Origin: a bacterium
GTDB taxonomy: Bacteria > Bacillota_I > Bacilli_A > RF39 > UBA660
Direction of reading: 5' to 3'
DNA length: 54,444 nt
Assembly (NCBI GenBank): GCA_030531425.1
Contig: JAUNNO010000002.1
Coordinates: forward strand, 1 to 54,444
Made by a program: the position numbers and the translations under genes. Shown piece by piece: positions 17,961-27,528 of the stretch (the stretch's first letter is position 1; each line of letters begins with the position of its first letter). Below the pieces are notes generated by a model that was not told the DNA's origin, searched no databases, and saw only the letters and a list, made by a program, of their open reading frames with translations.

Positions 17961-19145
17961 TTGAAAAATAATTTATCCTTCATATTGAAAAGCAAAATTA
18001 GTATTAATGTAGTTGGGAATAATATAGAAAGATTTATCAAAAGATTAAAAAGTAATAAAATAGATATACTTAGTTTAAAAAAAATATCAAATAATGAAGT
18101 TAATATTAAAATATATAAGAAAGATTATGATAAATTATTAAAAATTAAAACTATATATGAGTTTGAAGTTTTAGATTACTATGGTTCTATTAAATTAAAA
18201 AAAGAAATTTTAAATAATAAAATTATAATAATTCTTATATTATTATTTTTAATAATTATTTATATATTATCAAATATTATATTTTATGTAGATATAGTAA
18301 CTAATGATTCTAAAATGAAAAACACTTTAAATTATGAATTAACAAATTTAGGATTAAAAAAATATACATTTAAAAAAAGTTATTTAACCCTTCAAAGTAT
18401 TAAGAAAAAAATACTTGATAATCATAAAGAAGAATTAGAATGGATTGAAATAGAAAATATTGGAACTAAATATATAATAAGGTATGAGCCAAGAATAATT
18501 AATAAAGAAAAAACGGTTAGTAAACCAAGAAATATAATAGCTAAAAAAGATGCGGTTATAAAGAGTTTAAATATATCAAAAGGAGAAATTATAAAAGATG
18601 TAAATTCATATGTAAAAAAAGGTGATGTTATAGTAAGTGGATATGTTAAATTAAATGAATCCGTTAAAGATACTATTATTAGTGATGGTACAGTTTTAGG
18701 CCTTGTTTGGTATAATGTATGTATAACATATCCTTATAAATATAATGAAGAATATGAAACTGGAAACAAGAAAATTGTATATGTTATAAAATTTTTAAAT
18801 AGAGAAATAGAATTATTTAATTTTAATAAATATAAAACAAAAAAAGTAGAAAATAATATTCTTTTAAAAAATAATTTATTGCCAATAGCGTTTATTAGAC
18901 AAAATCAGAGTGAAACAAATGTCATAAAAGATTCTAATAATGAAAAAGATATAATAAAGCGTGCAATAGAATTATCAAATAAAAAAATAGAAAAATCTCT
19001 AGATGATTTTGAGTATATAAAAGATTATAAAATATTAAATAAAACAAACAATTCGGATTCAATTACTTTAAATATATTTTATGAAGTTGTAGAAGATATC
19101 ACAGAGTATCAAGATATTGAAGAGAATTTAGATATACAAAATTAA
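17961..19145 (+). CDS. yqfD: sporulation protein YqfD
   Basis: 394 aa, TTG start behind AGGTGA, one central TM helix (IIIILILLFLIIIYILSNIIFYV), with size and context as in yqfC-yqfD. Confidence 0.7.
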   Translation: MKNNLSFILKSKISINVVGNNIERFIKRLKSNKIDILSLKKISNNEVNIKIYKKDYDKLLKIKTIYEFEVLDYYGSIKLKKEILNNKIIIILILLFLIIIYILSNIIFYVDIVTNDSKMKNTLNYELTNLGLKKYTFKKSYLTLQSIKKKILDNHKEELEWIEIENIGTKYIIRYEPRIINKEKTVSKPRNIIAKKDAVIKSLNISKGEIIKDVNSYVKKGDVIVSGYVKLNESVKDTIISDGTVLGLVWYNVCITYPYKYNEEYETGNKKIVYVIKFLNREIELFNFNKYKTKKVENNILLKNNLLPIAFIRQNQSETNVIKDSNNEKDIIKRAIELSNKKIEKSLDDFEYIKDYKILNKTNNSDSITLNIFYEVVEDITEYQDIEENLDIQN

Positions 19146-19160
19146 AATATAAATATAATA

Positions 19161-19189
19161 TTGCTAAATAAATTTTTAAATGGTATAAT
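19161..19189 (+). promoter_or_regulatory. near-consensus sigma-A promoter with extended -10
   Basis: TTGCTA, 17-nt spacer ending TGg, then TATAAT (19184-19189). Confidence 0.7.
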
Positions 19190-19195
19190 TAAATT

Positions 19196-19372
19196 GCTGG
19201 AAGATGCGACAACCCTTTATGAAAAACCTACTAATCGAAATAATAGGGAATCTGATTTATTATGGGTGTTGAAGACCTATTAATTTAGGGATCCTAAACA
19301 TAGTAATGTGATACCCACCTGGGAGACTAGGTTTTATTCGATTGAGGGACCGGTCTTTTGGCTATTTTTTTT
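19196..19372 (+). ncRNA. candidate structured RNA (6S-like rod with a central bubble; could instead be a cis-acting leader)
   Basis: 5' end GCUGGAAGA (19196-19204) pairs with UCUUUUGGC (19354-19362) just before U8. Further helices: CCCU/AGGG, AAUCGAA(A)UAA/UUAUUCGAUU, UGGGUGUU/GAUACCCA. These flank an unpaired 19-nt/16-nt bubble. Confidence 0.4.
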
Positions 19373-19383
19373 GGAGGAATATA

Positions 19384-19980
19384 ATGATTGATGTTAGTTT
19401 GACAAAAGATAGCTATGTTGTATTTGACCTAGAAACAACCGGTCTTTATCCAAATTCAGGTGATAGTATAATAGAAATTGGCGCTGTTAAAGTAAGTGAT
19501 GGAAAAATTATAGATAGATATGATGAGTTTATAAATCCTAATAGATTATTATCAGAAGAAATTATAAAAATAACTGGAATAAGTAATGAAATGTTAAAAG
19601 ATGGTAAGGATGAAAAATCTTGTGTTATAGAATTTATGAATTGGGTAGGGAATTTACCAATGGTTGCTCATAATGCAAAATTTGATATATCTTTTATAGA
19701 AAATGCTTATGATAAATATGATATTGGAGAGTTTAATAATATAGTTATAGATACATTAGGATTATCTAGATACTTAGAATCTAATGAAAGATATCATAAT
19801 TTAGCAGTATTAGTTAAAAGATATGAAATACCTTGGGATGAAGATAAACATCATAGAGCTTCTTATGATAGTGAAGGAACTGCATTAATATTTTTAAAAA
19901 TGTTAAAAAAATTAGAACTTAATAATTTTAAAACTATAAAAGACTTATATAATTATAGATTTATTGTTATAAGAAAGTAA
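19384..19980 (+). CDS. DEDDh 3'-5' exonuclease (DnaQ/PolC-exonuclease-like)
   Basis: Exo I VFDLETTG, Exo II VAHNAKFDISF, Exo III HRASYDSEGTA. ATG 19384 behind GGAGG. Confidence 0.85.
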   Translation: MIDVSLTKDSYVVFDLETTGLYPNSGDSIIEIGAVKVSDGKIIDRYDEFINPNRLLSEEIIKITGISNEMLKDGKDEKSCVIEFMNWVGNLPMVAHNAKFDISFIENAYDKYDIGEFNNIVIDTLGLSRYLESNERYHNLAVLVKRYEIPWDEDKHHRASYDSEGTALIFLKMLKKLELNNFKTIKDLYNYRFIVIRK

Positions 19981-20106
19981 AACTAATTTAAGTATTGGTT
20001 TTTTTCTTATTTAATAAAAATAAATATTATTGTATGAATGGAATATTACTTTTTATTGACAATGATTAAGTTTTGTGATAGGATATACAACATCTGGGGG
20101 GAGTGT

Positions 20107-21573
20107 ATGAAAAATTATAAATTACAAAAAACAGCTGTTGCATATTTATTAGCCGGAACAACATTATTAACAGTAGGATGTGGTAAGTCAAATAATAAAA
20201 ATAATAGTGAAGTAACTATTGATACAACAAGTTATGAAACACAAGTTGATAATTACTATGAGGATGAAGTAAAAAGTACTTTTGATGGAATAGAAACTTT
20301 ACTTCCAGGAGTAAATGATGATATTTCTTCAAATTCAACTATTGTTTTATTATTAGAATTATTAGCAAGTAAAGATGAAAATGGAAAAATAAATGCTGAT
20401 ATTATATCTAATTATAAAAATGTATTAGATGTAGATAATATCATGGATGATTTTAATTCATTTCTTGATTTAATAGAATCTTCTATGATTGATAGTAAAA
20501 CTGTTAAAAATATTAGTTTAATATTACCTGATAGTTTAAATAATGATAAAATTATCTTAAAAAATATAGAATCAATTTTGAATAATTTAATTGTTGCTTC
20601 CAATAATGGAAATAAAGATTTAGTAAATGAAGAGTTTGATAAATTATACAAGTTATTTGTCCTTGAGGATGAATTAACTATTGATGGTGTTACTTTTAAA
20701 GTTAGAGATTTAACACTTGGATCACGTGAAGTTGCAAATATGTATGCAGAAGTTGCATCTAATTATTTTGCAAAAGGATATGTAGCTGAAGATAAAAGAT
20801 CTGCTATGGATAGTAGAACTAATGATCAAAATGCTAAAGCTTATATTAAATCTAGATTAGAAATATTAAAAAATCAAATGGATGAAGTATCCGAAGAAGA
20901 TGTAATAGGTATATTTAATAATAAATATAATGCATTTAAAAATTCATTAAATTCTAAAATTAATGCAAGTGATGCTCAAATTATAGATTTAGTTAATTTT
21001 ATAAATACTCGTTATCTTAATTCTTCTAAAGTTTCATATAAAGATAGAAATACCGTATTAGGTGAATATAGCAATGAAAGTATTACAAATACATTAATTT
21101 TTATAGATGCAATTAATACATTTAACAAAAATAACCAGAATAAGATGATTGCTTATTCAAATTTAGTTATTGATGATAACGAAACAGATAAATTAGCCTT
21201 AAATTTTGTTCAGTTTAATTCAATTAAATTATTAGAGAGTATAGATACTATATCAGATTATCAAACTTTAAGAAACAATCCATATTTTAATAATTTATTC
21301 TTATATTTTACTAAACAAAATTTTACATATAAATATAAAGATTCTTCTGGTAATGTTGTAAATACGATTGTTACTTGGCAAGAGGTAAGTGATGGAGTTA
21401 ATTTTGTTAATTATGAAACAATATTATCTGTATTAAGACACCTTCCTGAGATTGATAATAAAAATAATTATATGGAAGTCTTAGAATCAAATTTAGGTGA
21501 GGCAATCCAAGCTTTACAAATAACAATAACAGGAGAATGTCAAAAAGCTGATATAAAAGATTATGTCAAATAA
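20107..21573 (+). CDS. lipoprotein of unknown function
   Basis: MKNYKLQKTAVAYLLAGTTLLTVGC lipobox. SD GGGGGAG. 488 aa. Confidence 0.65.
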   Translation: MKNYKLQKTAVAYLLAGTTLLTVGCGKSNNKNNSEVTIDTTSYETQVDNYYEDEVKSTFDGIETLLPGVNDDISSNSTIVLLLELLASKDENGKINADIISNYKNVLDVDNIMDDFNSFLDLIESSMIDSKTVKNISLILPDSLNNDKIILKNIESILNNLIVASNNGNKDLVNEEFDKLYKLFVLEDELTIDGVTFKVRDLTLGSREVANMYAEVASNYFAKGYVAEDKRSAMDSRTNDQNAKAYIKSRLEILKNQMDEVSEEDVIGIFNNKYNAFKNSLNSKINASDAQIIDLVNFINTRYLNSSKVSYKDRNTVLGEYSNESITNTLIFIDAINTFNKNNQNKMIAYSNLVIDDNETDKLALNFVQFNSIKLLESIDTISDYQTLRNNPYFNNLFLYFTKQNFTYKYKDSSGNVVNTIVTWQEVSDGVNFVNYETILSVLRHLPEIDNKNNYMEVLESNLGEAIQALQITITGECQKADIKDYVK

Positions 21574-21643
21574 AAAGTGTTAATACACTTTTTTTGTTAA
21601 CATTATTAATTATTATGATATAATTAATTGAGGAGTGATATGT

Positions 21644-23035
21644 ATGAAATTTTATAATACATTAACTAGAAAAGTAGAAGAGTTTATACCTAATAATAAT
21701 AAATTTGTTAATATGTATACTTGTGGACCTACTGTATATCATTTTGCTCATATAGGAAATCTTAGGACATATATAATGGAAGATGTTTTAGAAAAAACAT
21801 TAAATTATATAGGTTATAATGTTAAAAGATGTATGAATATTACTGATGTAGGCCATCTTACTAGTGATGCAGATACTGGTGAAGATAAGATGTTGAAAGG
21901 TGCTAAAAGAGAAAAGAAGACGGTTCTACAAATAGCAGAATTTTATACGAACGAATTTAAAAATGATTGTAATAAGTTAAATATTAAATGGCCTGAGATA
22001 GTTATTAGAGCAACTTCTATGATAGATTCATATATAAGTTTTATAGAGAAGTTATTAAGTGATAATTATGCATACATTAAAGGTGGTAATGTATATTTTG
22101 ATACGTCAAAATTAAAAGAATATTATACTCTTACAAATAATACTGATGATTCTTTAATTGAGGCTGTAAGATCTGATGTAGAAGTTGATATAAATAAAAA
22201 AAACAAAAATGATTTTGTTTTATGGTTTACTAAATCAAAATTTGATTCTCAAGAATTGAAATGGGAAAGTCCTTGGGGGTTAGGATATCCTGGTTGGCAT
22301 ATAGAGTGTTCTTGTATATCACTTAAATATTTAGGAGAATATTTGGATATACATTGTGGTGGTGTCGATAATATATTCCCACACCATACAAACGAAATCG
22401 CTCAAACAGAAAGTTATATAGGACATAAATGGTGTAATTATTGGTTTCATCCAGAACATTTAAATGATTCTACTGGTAAAATGAGTAAATCCAAAGGAGA
22501 ATTTTTAACAGTTTCGCTTTTAGAAAGTAAAGGATATAATACTCTTGCATATAGATTATTTTGCTTACAATCACATTACCAAAAACAATTAATATTTACA
22601 TATGATTCATTAACTAGTGCTCAAAATACATACAATAAATTAATAAATAAAATAAAATCTATAAAAGAAGATGACTCTAAAGTAGATTTAGAAAAAGTAC
22701 AAGATTATAAGGATAAATTTAAATATCAGTTAGAAAATAATTTAAATACAGCTAATGCATTAACTATTCTTTATGATGTTATTAAAAGCGATTTAAATAA
22801 TAATACTAAACTTTATTTAATAAAAGATTTTGATAAAGTATTAAGTCTAGATTTAATAACATCAAAAAAAGAAGATGATGAGTTTATTAAATACATAAAA
22901 GATAAAATAGAAGAAAGAACTAAAGCAAAATTAAATAAAGATTACATTCTTGCAGATAGTATTAGAAAAGAATTACTAGATAAGGGAGTAGTTTTAAAAG
23001 ATACTAGAGAAGGTACTTTATTTGATATAATATAA
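21644..23035 (+). CDS. cysS: cysteinyl-tRNA synthetase
   Basis: HIGN (FAHIGNLRT), KMSKS, CGPTVY, and zinc ligands WHIECS. Confidence 0.95.
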   Translation: MKFYNTLTRKVEEFIPNNNKFVNMYTCGPTVYHFAHIGNLRTYIMEDVLEKTLNYIGYNVKRCMNITDVGHLTSDADTGEDKMLKGAKREKKTVLQIAEFYTNEFKNDCNKLNIKWPEIVIRATSMIDSYISFIEKLLSDNYAYIKGGNVYFDTSKLKEYYTLTNNTDDSLIEAVRSDVEVDINKKNKNDFVLWFTKSKFDSQELKWESPWGLGYPGWHIECSCISLKYLGEYLDIHCGGVDNIFPHHTNEIAQTESYIGHKWCNYWFHPEHLNDSTGKMSKSKGEFLTVSLLESKGYNTLAYRLFCLQSHYQKQLIFTYDSLTSAQNTYNKLINKIKSIKEDDSKVDLEKVQDYKDKFKYQLENNLNTANALTILYDVIKSDLNNNTKLYLIKDFDKVLSLDLITSKKEDDEFIKYIKDKIEERTKAKLNKDYILADSIRKELLDKGVVLKDTREGTLFDII

Positions 23036-23045
23036 AAAGAATATT

Positions 23046-24044
23046 TTAATCTAATAAAGATTTAAAAAATTCTTTTTTTTCTTTAAAATAATCTTTTTCT
23101 TTTAATAATTCGCAGTTATCAATACTTTCACAAAATCCATCATTTACATAATTATTAATATTTTTTGTTATATACCATTTTTTTAAGTAAAGTTTTACTT
23201 TTTCCATTTGGGTATCAACTAGATTTTTAACTTTAGGAACTTTTTTAAAAATATTTCCATATGCATATTCATAATAATTTAAAATATAGTCTATAGATGA
23301 TAAAAAGTCAATGATGTTTTTCCTTTCGTCATATTTTTCTAATGTTTTAATTAATGAATTTAGATCAGCATTAAAATAAAATTTTTCCATATCCTTTTTT
23401 CCAACTATTATTTCTAAGTTTTCTGCAATTATTGTACAAATTTTATACGCTGTAATAGGATCAGTATTTACATTAAACATTCTTTTATTAAGAAGCTCGG
23501 TGTATCCTTCGTTTAAAGCGTCTCCAATTCTTTCACCTGTTTTAAGGTTATTTTGAGAAAAACCAGAAAAAACCATTTTTTTATTTTTATTATAATAAGT
23601 ACTAGCCATATGTAATAGTTCATGATTTAGAACTACATCTTTTACTAAATATTTTATTCTAATTTCATTTTTATGAAAATAATATCCTCCAGAAAGTGGT
23701 ATTCCTAAAAAATTTTCTGGAAAGACCATACACTGTTTTGCTTTTAATGTCTTAAGATTTTTATTAAATAAATTAAGATTTTTATAATCAATATTTTTCA
23801 TTAATATTTTTCTAAAATTTAGTATTTCATCACTCATTTCGCAATTTTCTTTTAATCTTTTTTTATCACTAATAGAAAACATTGCTTTTACTTTAGGTAC
23901 ATCTTCATAATCAAGTTTTAATTCATTTTTAAAATCAGCATTTGATTTATATAAAATATATATTTTTTTACCAAAGTATACACCCAAACTTATAAAAATT
24001 AATTTACCATATTTAAATGGTATGTTAGCCCAATTTTTATTCAT
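23046..24044 (-). CDS. membrane-anchored putative zinc metallopeptidase (HExxH)
   Basis: N-terminal TM helix, HELLHM motif, and a downstream NEGYTE that could supply a third ligand. Confidence 0.45.
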   Translation of the reverse strand: MNKNWANIPFKYGKLIFISLGVYFGKKIYILYKSNADFKNELKLDYEDVPKVKAMFSISDKKRLKENCEMSDEILNFRKILMKNIDYKNLNLFNKNLKTLKAKQCMVFPENFLGIPLSGGYYFHKNEIRIKYLVKDVVLNHELLHMASTYYNKNKKMVFSGFSQNNLKTGERIGDALNEGYTELLNKRMFNVNTDPITAYKICTIIAENLEIIVGKKDMEKFYFNADLNSLIKTLEKYDERKNIIDFLSSIDYILNYYEYAYGNIFKKVPKVKNLVDTQMEKVKLYLKKWYITKNINNYVNDGFCESIDNCELLKEKDYFKEKKEFFKSLLD

Positions 24045-24121
24045 AGTATCCCCTCAATGGGATTTATTATAACACATTTTTAAAATTAATCAAATTGTGT
24101 TATAATGATTAAGGTGGTATT

Positions 24122-24991
24122 ATGGATGGCATATTTATTATAGATAAACCTAAAGGAGTTACTAGTAGGGATGTTGTAAATAATATAAGTAATAAATTTA
24201 ATATAAAAAAAGTAGGGCATACAGGAACATTAGATCCTATAGCTACAGGGGTACTTGTAGTGTGCCTTGGTTCTGCTACTAAAATAGTTAGTGAATTAAC
24301 TAGTTTAAATAAAGAATATATAGCTAGTGTAACTTTAGGACTTTTAACTGATACACTAGATATTACAGGTAATGTTATAAAAGATGTTGATGTATATAAA
24401 ACAAAAGAAGAAATTAAAAAGGCATTAAAAAGTTTTGAGTTAAGTTATAATCAAGAAGTACCTATATATTCTGCAGTAAAAATAAATGGTAAAAAGTTAT
24501 ATGAATATGCAAGAGAAGGTAAAATGATAGATTTACCCAAGAGAATTGTTACAATAAATAGTATTGAACTTGATGGTGATGTGATATATGAGAATAATAA
24601 AACAAAGTTTACATTTAAGTGTAATGTATCAAAAGGAACATATATACGTTCATTAATAAATGATATAGCTAAAAAATTAAATACAGTTGGAATAATGACA
24701 GATTTAAGAAGAACCTCTCAAGGTAAATTTGATATAAAAGATTCTAAATCTTTAGAAAAATTAAATAATGATGATTTAATTAATATAACAGATGTATTAG
24801 ATTACAAAAAAATTGAGATAGATGATATTTTAAAAAAGAAGATTAAAAATGGAGCTATTATTGATAATAAATATGACTGTGATACAGTTTTATTTACATA
24901 TAATGGTGAAGGAATTGCCATATATAAAAAATATTTAAAAGATGAAACAAAATTAAAACCATATAAAATGTTAAAAGGAGGTATATTATGA
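24122..24991 (+). CDS. truB: tRNA pseudouridine(55) synthase
   Basis: GHTGTLDPIATGVLVV catalytic motif. 289 aa. Confidence 0.9.
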   Translation: MDGIFIIDKPKGVTSRDVVNNISNKFNIKKVGHTGTLDPIATGVLVVCLGSATKIVSELTSLNKEYIASVTLGLLTDTLDITGNVIKDVDVYKTKEEIKKALKSFELSYNQEVPIYSAVKINGKKLYEYAREGKMIDLPKRIVTINSIELDGDVIYENNKTKFTFKCNVSKGTYIRSLINDIAKKLNTVGIMTDLRRTSQGKFDIKDSKSLEKLNNDDLINITDVLDYKKIEIDDILKKKIKNGAIIDNKYDCDTVLFTYNGEGIAIYKKYLKDETKLKPYKMLKGGIL

Positions 24992-25875
24992 CATTAGTAA
25001 TTATGGCTGCTGGAATGGGATCTAGATTTGGAGGGTTAAAGCAAATAGAGCCATTTGGGCCAAACGGAGAATTTATAATAGATTATAGCATTTACGATGC
25101 AATTCGTGCTGGATTTAATAAAATAGTATTCGTTATAAGAAAAGAAAATTATGATATATTTAGAAAAACTATAGGTAAAAGAATTGAAAATATAGTAGAA
25201 GTAGAATATGCTTTCCAAGAATTTGATACAATACCAATTAATGTAAAATTACCAGAATCTAGAGTAAAACCATTAGGTACTGCACATGCTATAGCTTGCT
25301 GTAAAAAAGTGGTAGACTCTAATTTTGCATTAATAAATTCAGATGATTTTTATGGTTATGATGCACTAAAAAAAGCATATGAATTTTTAAATAGCAATGA
25401 GTGTAATGGTATGGTAGCGTACCAAATAGGCAAAACATTAACAGAAAATGGTTCTGTAAAAAGAGGATGCTGTGAGTCTATAAATGGATATTTAACTAAT
25501 ATAATAGAATCCAGTGTAAAGAAAGAAAATGATAAAATAGTAGCATCTCCACTTGATGGAAGTAAAAGTTTTTATCTAGATAGTAATGATTTATGTTCTA
25601 TGAATTTATTTTGTTTTAAAAAAGATATGATAGATTATATGTATAATAATCTAGAAAAATTTTTAGAAAACAACAAAAATAATTTGGAAAATGTTGAATA
25701 TCTTATTCCAGATGTTGTATTAGAAAGAATAAAACTTGAAAATTTTAAATTAAAAATAATTAATACAGATTCTACTTGGATGGGAGTAACATATAAAGAG
25801 GATAAAAAATTTGTCGTAGAAAGACTAAATAATTTAATTGAATTAGGAGAATATCCAAATAATTTGTATAAATAG
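24988..25875 (+). CDS. sugar-phosphate nucleotidyltransferase family protein
   Basis: N-terminal MAAGMGSRFGGLKQ signature. 295 aa. Confidence 0.7.
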   Translation: MTLVIMAAGMGSRFGGLKQIEPFGPNGEFIIDYSIYDAIRAGFNKIVFVIRKENYDIFRKTIGKRIENIVEVEYAFQEFDTIPINVKLPESRVKPLGTAHAIACCKKVVDSNFALINSDDFYGYDALKKAYEFLNSNECNGMVAYQIGKTLTENGSVKRGCCESINGYLTNIIESSVKKENDKIVASPLDGSKSFYLDSNDLCSMNLFCFKKDMIDYMYNNLEKFLENNKNNLENVEYLIPDVVLERIKLENFKLKIINTDSTWMGVTYKEDKKFVVERLNNLIELGEYPNNLYK

Positions 25876-25883
25876 TGCTAATT

Positions 25884-25912
25884 TTGACATGCTTTTAAGA
25901 AAGTATTATAAT
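25884..25912 (+). promoter_or_regulatory. consensus sigma-A promoter
   Basis: TTGACA (25884-25889), 17-nt spacer, TATAAT (25907-25912). Confidence 0.7.
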
Positions 25913-25934
25913 TTAAATTGTAGAGGTGATGATA

Positions 25935-26945
25935 ATGTATAGAGATATAGTAGATGAAGATCCAAGTTATATATCAGGCTTGGAAGCAGATGTAAGAGCA
26001 AAAAGAAATCCAGGATTAAATATGACAACACCAAGTTCAACATCTGATATAGAAGATCCAAGTTATATATCAGGATTAGAAGCAGATGTAAGAGCAAAAA
26101 GAAATCCAGGATTAAATATGGCAACACCAGGTTCAACATCTGATATAGAAGATCCAAGTTATATATCAGGATTAGAAGCAGATGTAAGAGCAAAAAGAAA
26201 TCCAGGATTAAATATGGCAACACCAGGTTCAACATCTGATATAGAAGATCCAAGTTATATATCAGGATTAGAAGCAGATGTAAGAGCAAAAAGAAATCCA
26301 GGATTAAATATGGCAACACCAGGTTCAACATCTGATATAGAAGATCCAAGTTATATATCAGGATTAGAAGCAGATGTAAGAGCAAAAAGAAAAGAAGAAG
26401 CTAGTTCTTATCAAAAATTAAATGATGTGTTAACAAACGGAGTTCCACAAAATTGTGAACAATTAAAAGAAATTTTAACTAGTATTAATTGTAGAGAAGA
26501 TTATGTAAAATATTTATTAGATAATGAAAAGCAAAAATTAGTAAATATATGTTATAACGTAGGTAATAAATATGATTTAGAATCATCAACTTTGTTTAAT
26601 AAAGCAATTTTTGAATATTTAGCAGTTATTAATGCTTTGATTGATATGAATGTGCCACATCTTTCAAATAAGGGAGCTTATGATCCTTATTATGTTAATT
26701 TAAATTTATCAGAATTAATTCAAGTGGTTCATATTAGAAGAAAAAATGGTGCAGATATTAATATTCAAATACCTAAAGATTATGATTTCTCAAATCCTCA
26801 GGAAATTGCGGATTTGGTTAATATTATTAATTGTACAATGATATCAATTGATAATAAAAATATTTCAAAACAGATGTGGTCTAAGTTGGGTTATAATGAT
26901 AAAAAAAATGAAGAGATTGAAGAAGAAAAAAATCAAAAATTATAA
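25935..26945 (+). CDS. repeat-containing protein of unknown function (4.5 copies of a 32-aa unit plus a C-terminal domain of about 180 aa)
   Basis: SD TAGAGG. In-frame repeats EDPSYISGLEADVRAKRNPGLNM[TA]TP[SG]STSDI. No signal peptide. The track start GTG 25926 is also possible. Confidence 0.6.
   Translation: MYRDIVDEDPSYISGLEADVRAKRNPGLNMTTPSSTSDIEDPSYISGLEADVRAKRNPGLNMATPGSTSDIEDPSYISGLEADVRAKRNPGLNMATPGSTSDIEDPSYISGLEADVRAKRNPGLNMATPGSTSDIEDPSYISGLEADVRAKRKEEASSYQKLNDVLTNGVPQNCEQLKEILTSINCREDYVKYLLDNEKQKLVNICYNVGNKYDLESSTLFNKAIFEYLAVINALIDMNVPHLSNKGAYDPYYVNLNLSELIQVVHIRRKNGADINIQIPKDYDFSNPQEIADLVNIINCTMISIDNKNISKQMWSKLGYNDKKNEEIEEEKNQKL
25956..26392 (+). repeat. 96-bp tandem direct repeat, about 4.5 copies
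   Basis: Units start at 25956, 26052, 26148, 26244 and 26340. Copies 2-4 are identical, copy 1 differs at 4 positions, and the last copy is truncated after about 53 nt. Confidence 0.95.
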
Positions 26946-27031
26946 AAAAAATGAAGTGTTAATAAGAGTTTGACACTTTATTTTTTACATCAAATTATTT
27001 ATTCAATATTATAAAAAAATTATATTAACTA

Positions 27032-27060
27032 TTGACAAAATATTAAAACTAACATATAAT
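27032..27060 (+). promoter_or_regulatory. consensus sigma-A promoter of the Asn T-box transcript
   Basis: TTGACA (27032-27037), 17-nt spacer, TATAAT (27055-27060). Confidence 0.75.
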
Positions 27061-27074
27061 TAAATAGTCAGTTG

Positions 27075-27315
27075 TTTAAATGTGGTGATTGGGAGAAGTA
27101 GTAATAAATACTAATTAAAGCGAGTTAGGTATGGTGTGAGCTAACAATAAAGTTTATTATGAATAACACCCTTGAACAGTTAATCTGAATAAAGTAAGAT
27201 TAATCGGTCGTAATCCGTTAGAAATTACTCGATTTGGTAGAATCGATAAAGTGGTCATATATTGACAATTTGGGTGGCACCGCGGAGGTAATTCGTCCCA
27301 TGATAAAGACGAATT
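27075..27315 (+). promoter_or_regulatory. T-box leader, Asn specifier (AAC), canonical antiterminator/terminator
   Basis: Specifier loop GAAUAACA (AAC 27165-27167). Stem I distal motifs AGCGAG and GGUGUGAG. T-box AAUUUGGGUGGCACCGCG (27267-27284). Alternative hairpin AAUUCGUC/GACGAAUU (27290-27315) overlaps the 3' strand of the antiterminator. Confidence 0.85.
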
Positions 27316-27334
27316 GCTATTATATAAATAAATT

Positions 27335-27410
27335 GCCCAATTAGCTCAGTCGGTAGAGCGCACGGCTGTTAACCGTTAGGTCGTAGGTTCGAGTCCTACA
27401 TTGGGCGCCA
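27335..27410 (+). tRNA. tRNA-Asn (GUU), CCA encoded
   Basis: Cloverleaf by hand: acceptor GCCCAAU/AUUGGGC, D arm GCUC-AGUCGGUA-GAGC, anticodon arm CACGG-CUGUUAA-CCGUU, T arm GUAGG-UUCGAGU-CCUAC, G73, CCA. Confidence 0.9.
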
Positions 27411-27417
27411 TTTATAT

Positions 27418-27493
27418 GCCTCTTTAGCTCAGTCGGTAGAGCGCACGGCTGTTAACCGTTAGGTCGTAGGTTCGAGTCCTACAAGAGGCGCCA
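27418..27493 (+). tRNA. tRNA-Asn (GUU), CCA encoded; second copy with a different acceptor stem
   Basis: Identical to the first copy from position 7 to 66. Acceptor GCCUCUU/AAGAGGC, G73, CCA. Confidence 0.9.
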
Positions 27494-27503
27494 TTTTAAT
27501 AGT

Positions 27504-27528
27504 AACAAGTCTTATGACTTGTTTTTTT
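27504..27528 (+). terminator. hairpin plus U7 between tRNA-Asn and gatC (terminator or processing/stability element)
   Basis: AACAAGUC-UUAU-GACUUGUU followed by T7. The gatC SD starts about 8 nt later. Confidence 0.65.

Noticed and set aside
19196-19372. Assignment of the structured RNA to a specific riboswitch class
   Set aside because: I compared it by eye with c-di-GMP-I/II, ykkC/guanidine, ZTP, c-di-AMP, purine, THF and fluoride consensus features. Only short coincidental matches appeared (for example CCUGGGAGA), so it is left unassigned.
25906-26385. 159-aa Leu-rich ORF on the minus strand
   Set aside because: It is the antisense shadow of the 96-bp repeat array. It is periodic only because the sense strand is, it has no SD, and the sense ORF has the promoter and SD.
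25956-26392. Possible CRISPR array because of regular direct repeats
   Set aside because: The units are contiguous with no spacers. They are 96 bp long, in frame, and lie inside a coding sequence.
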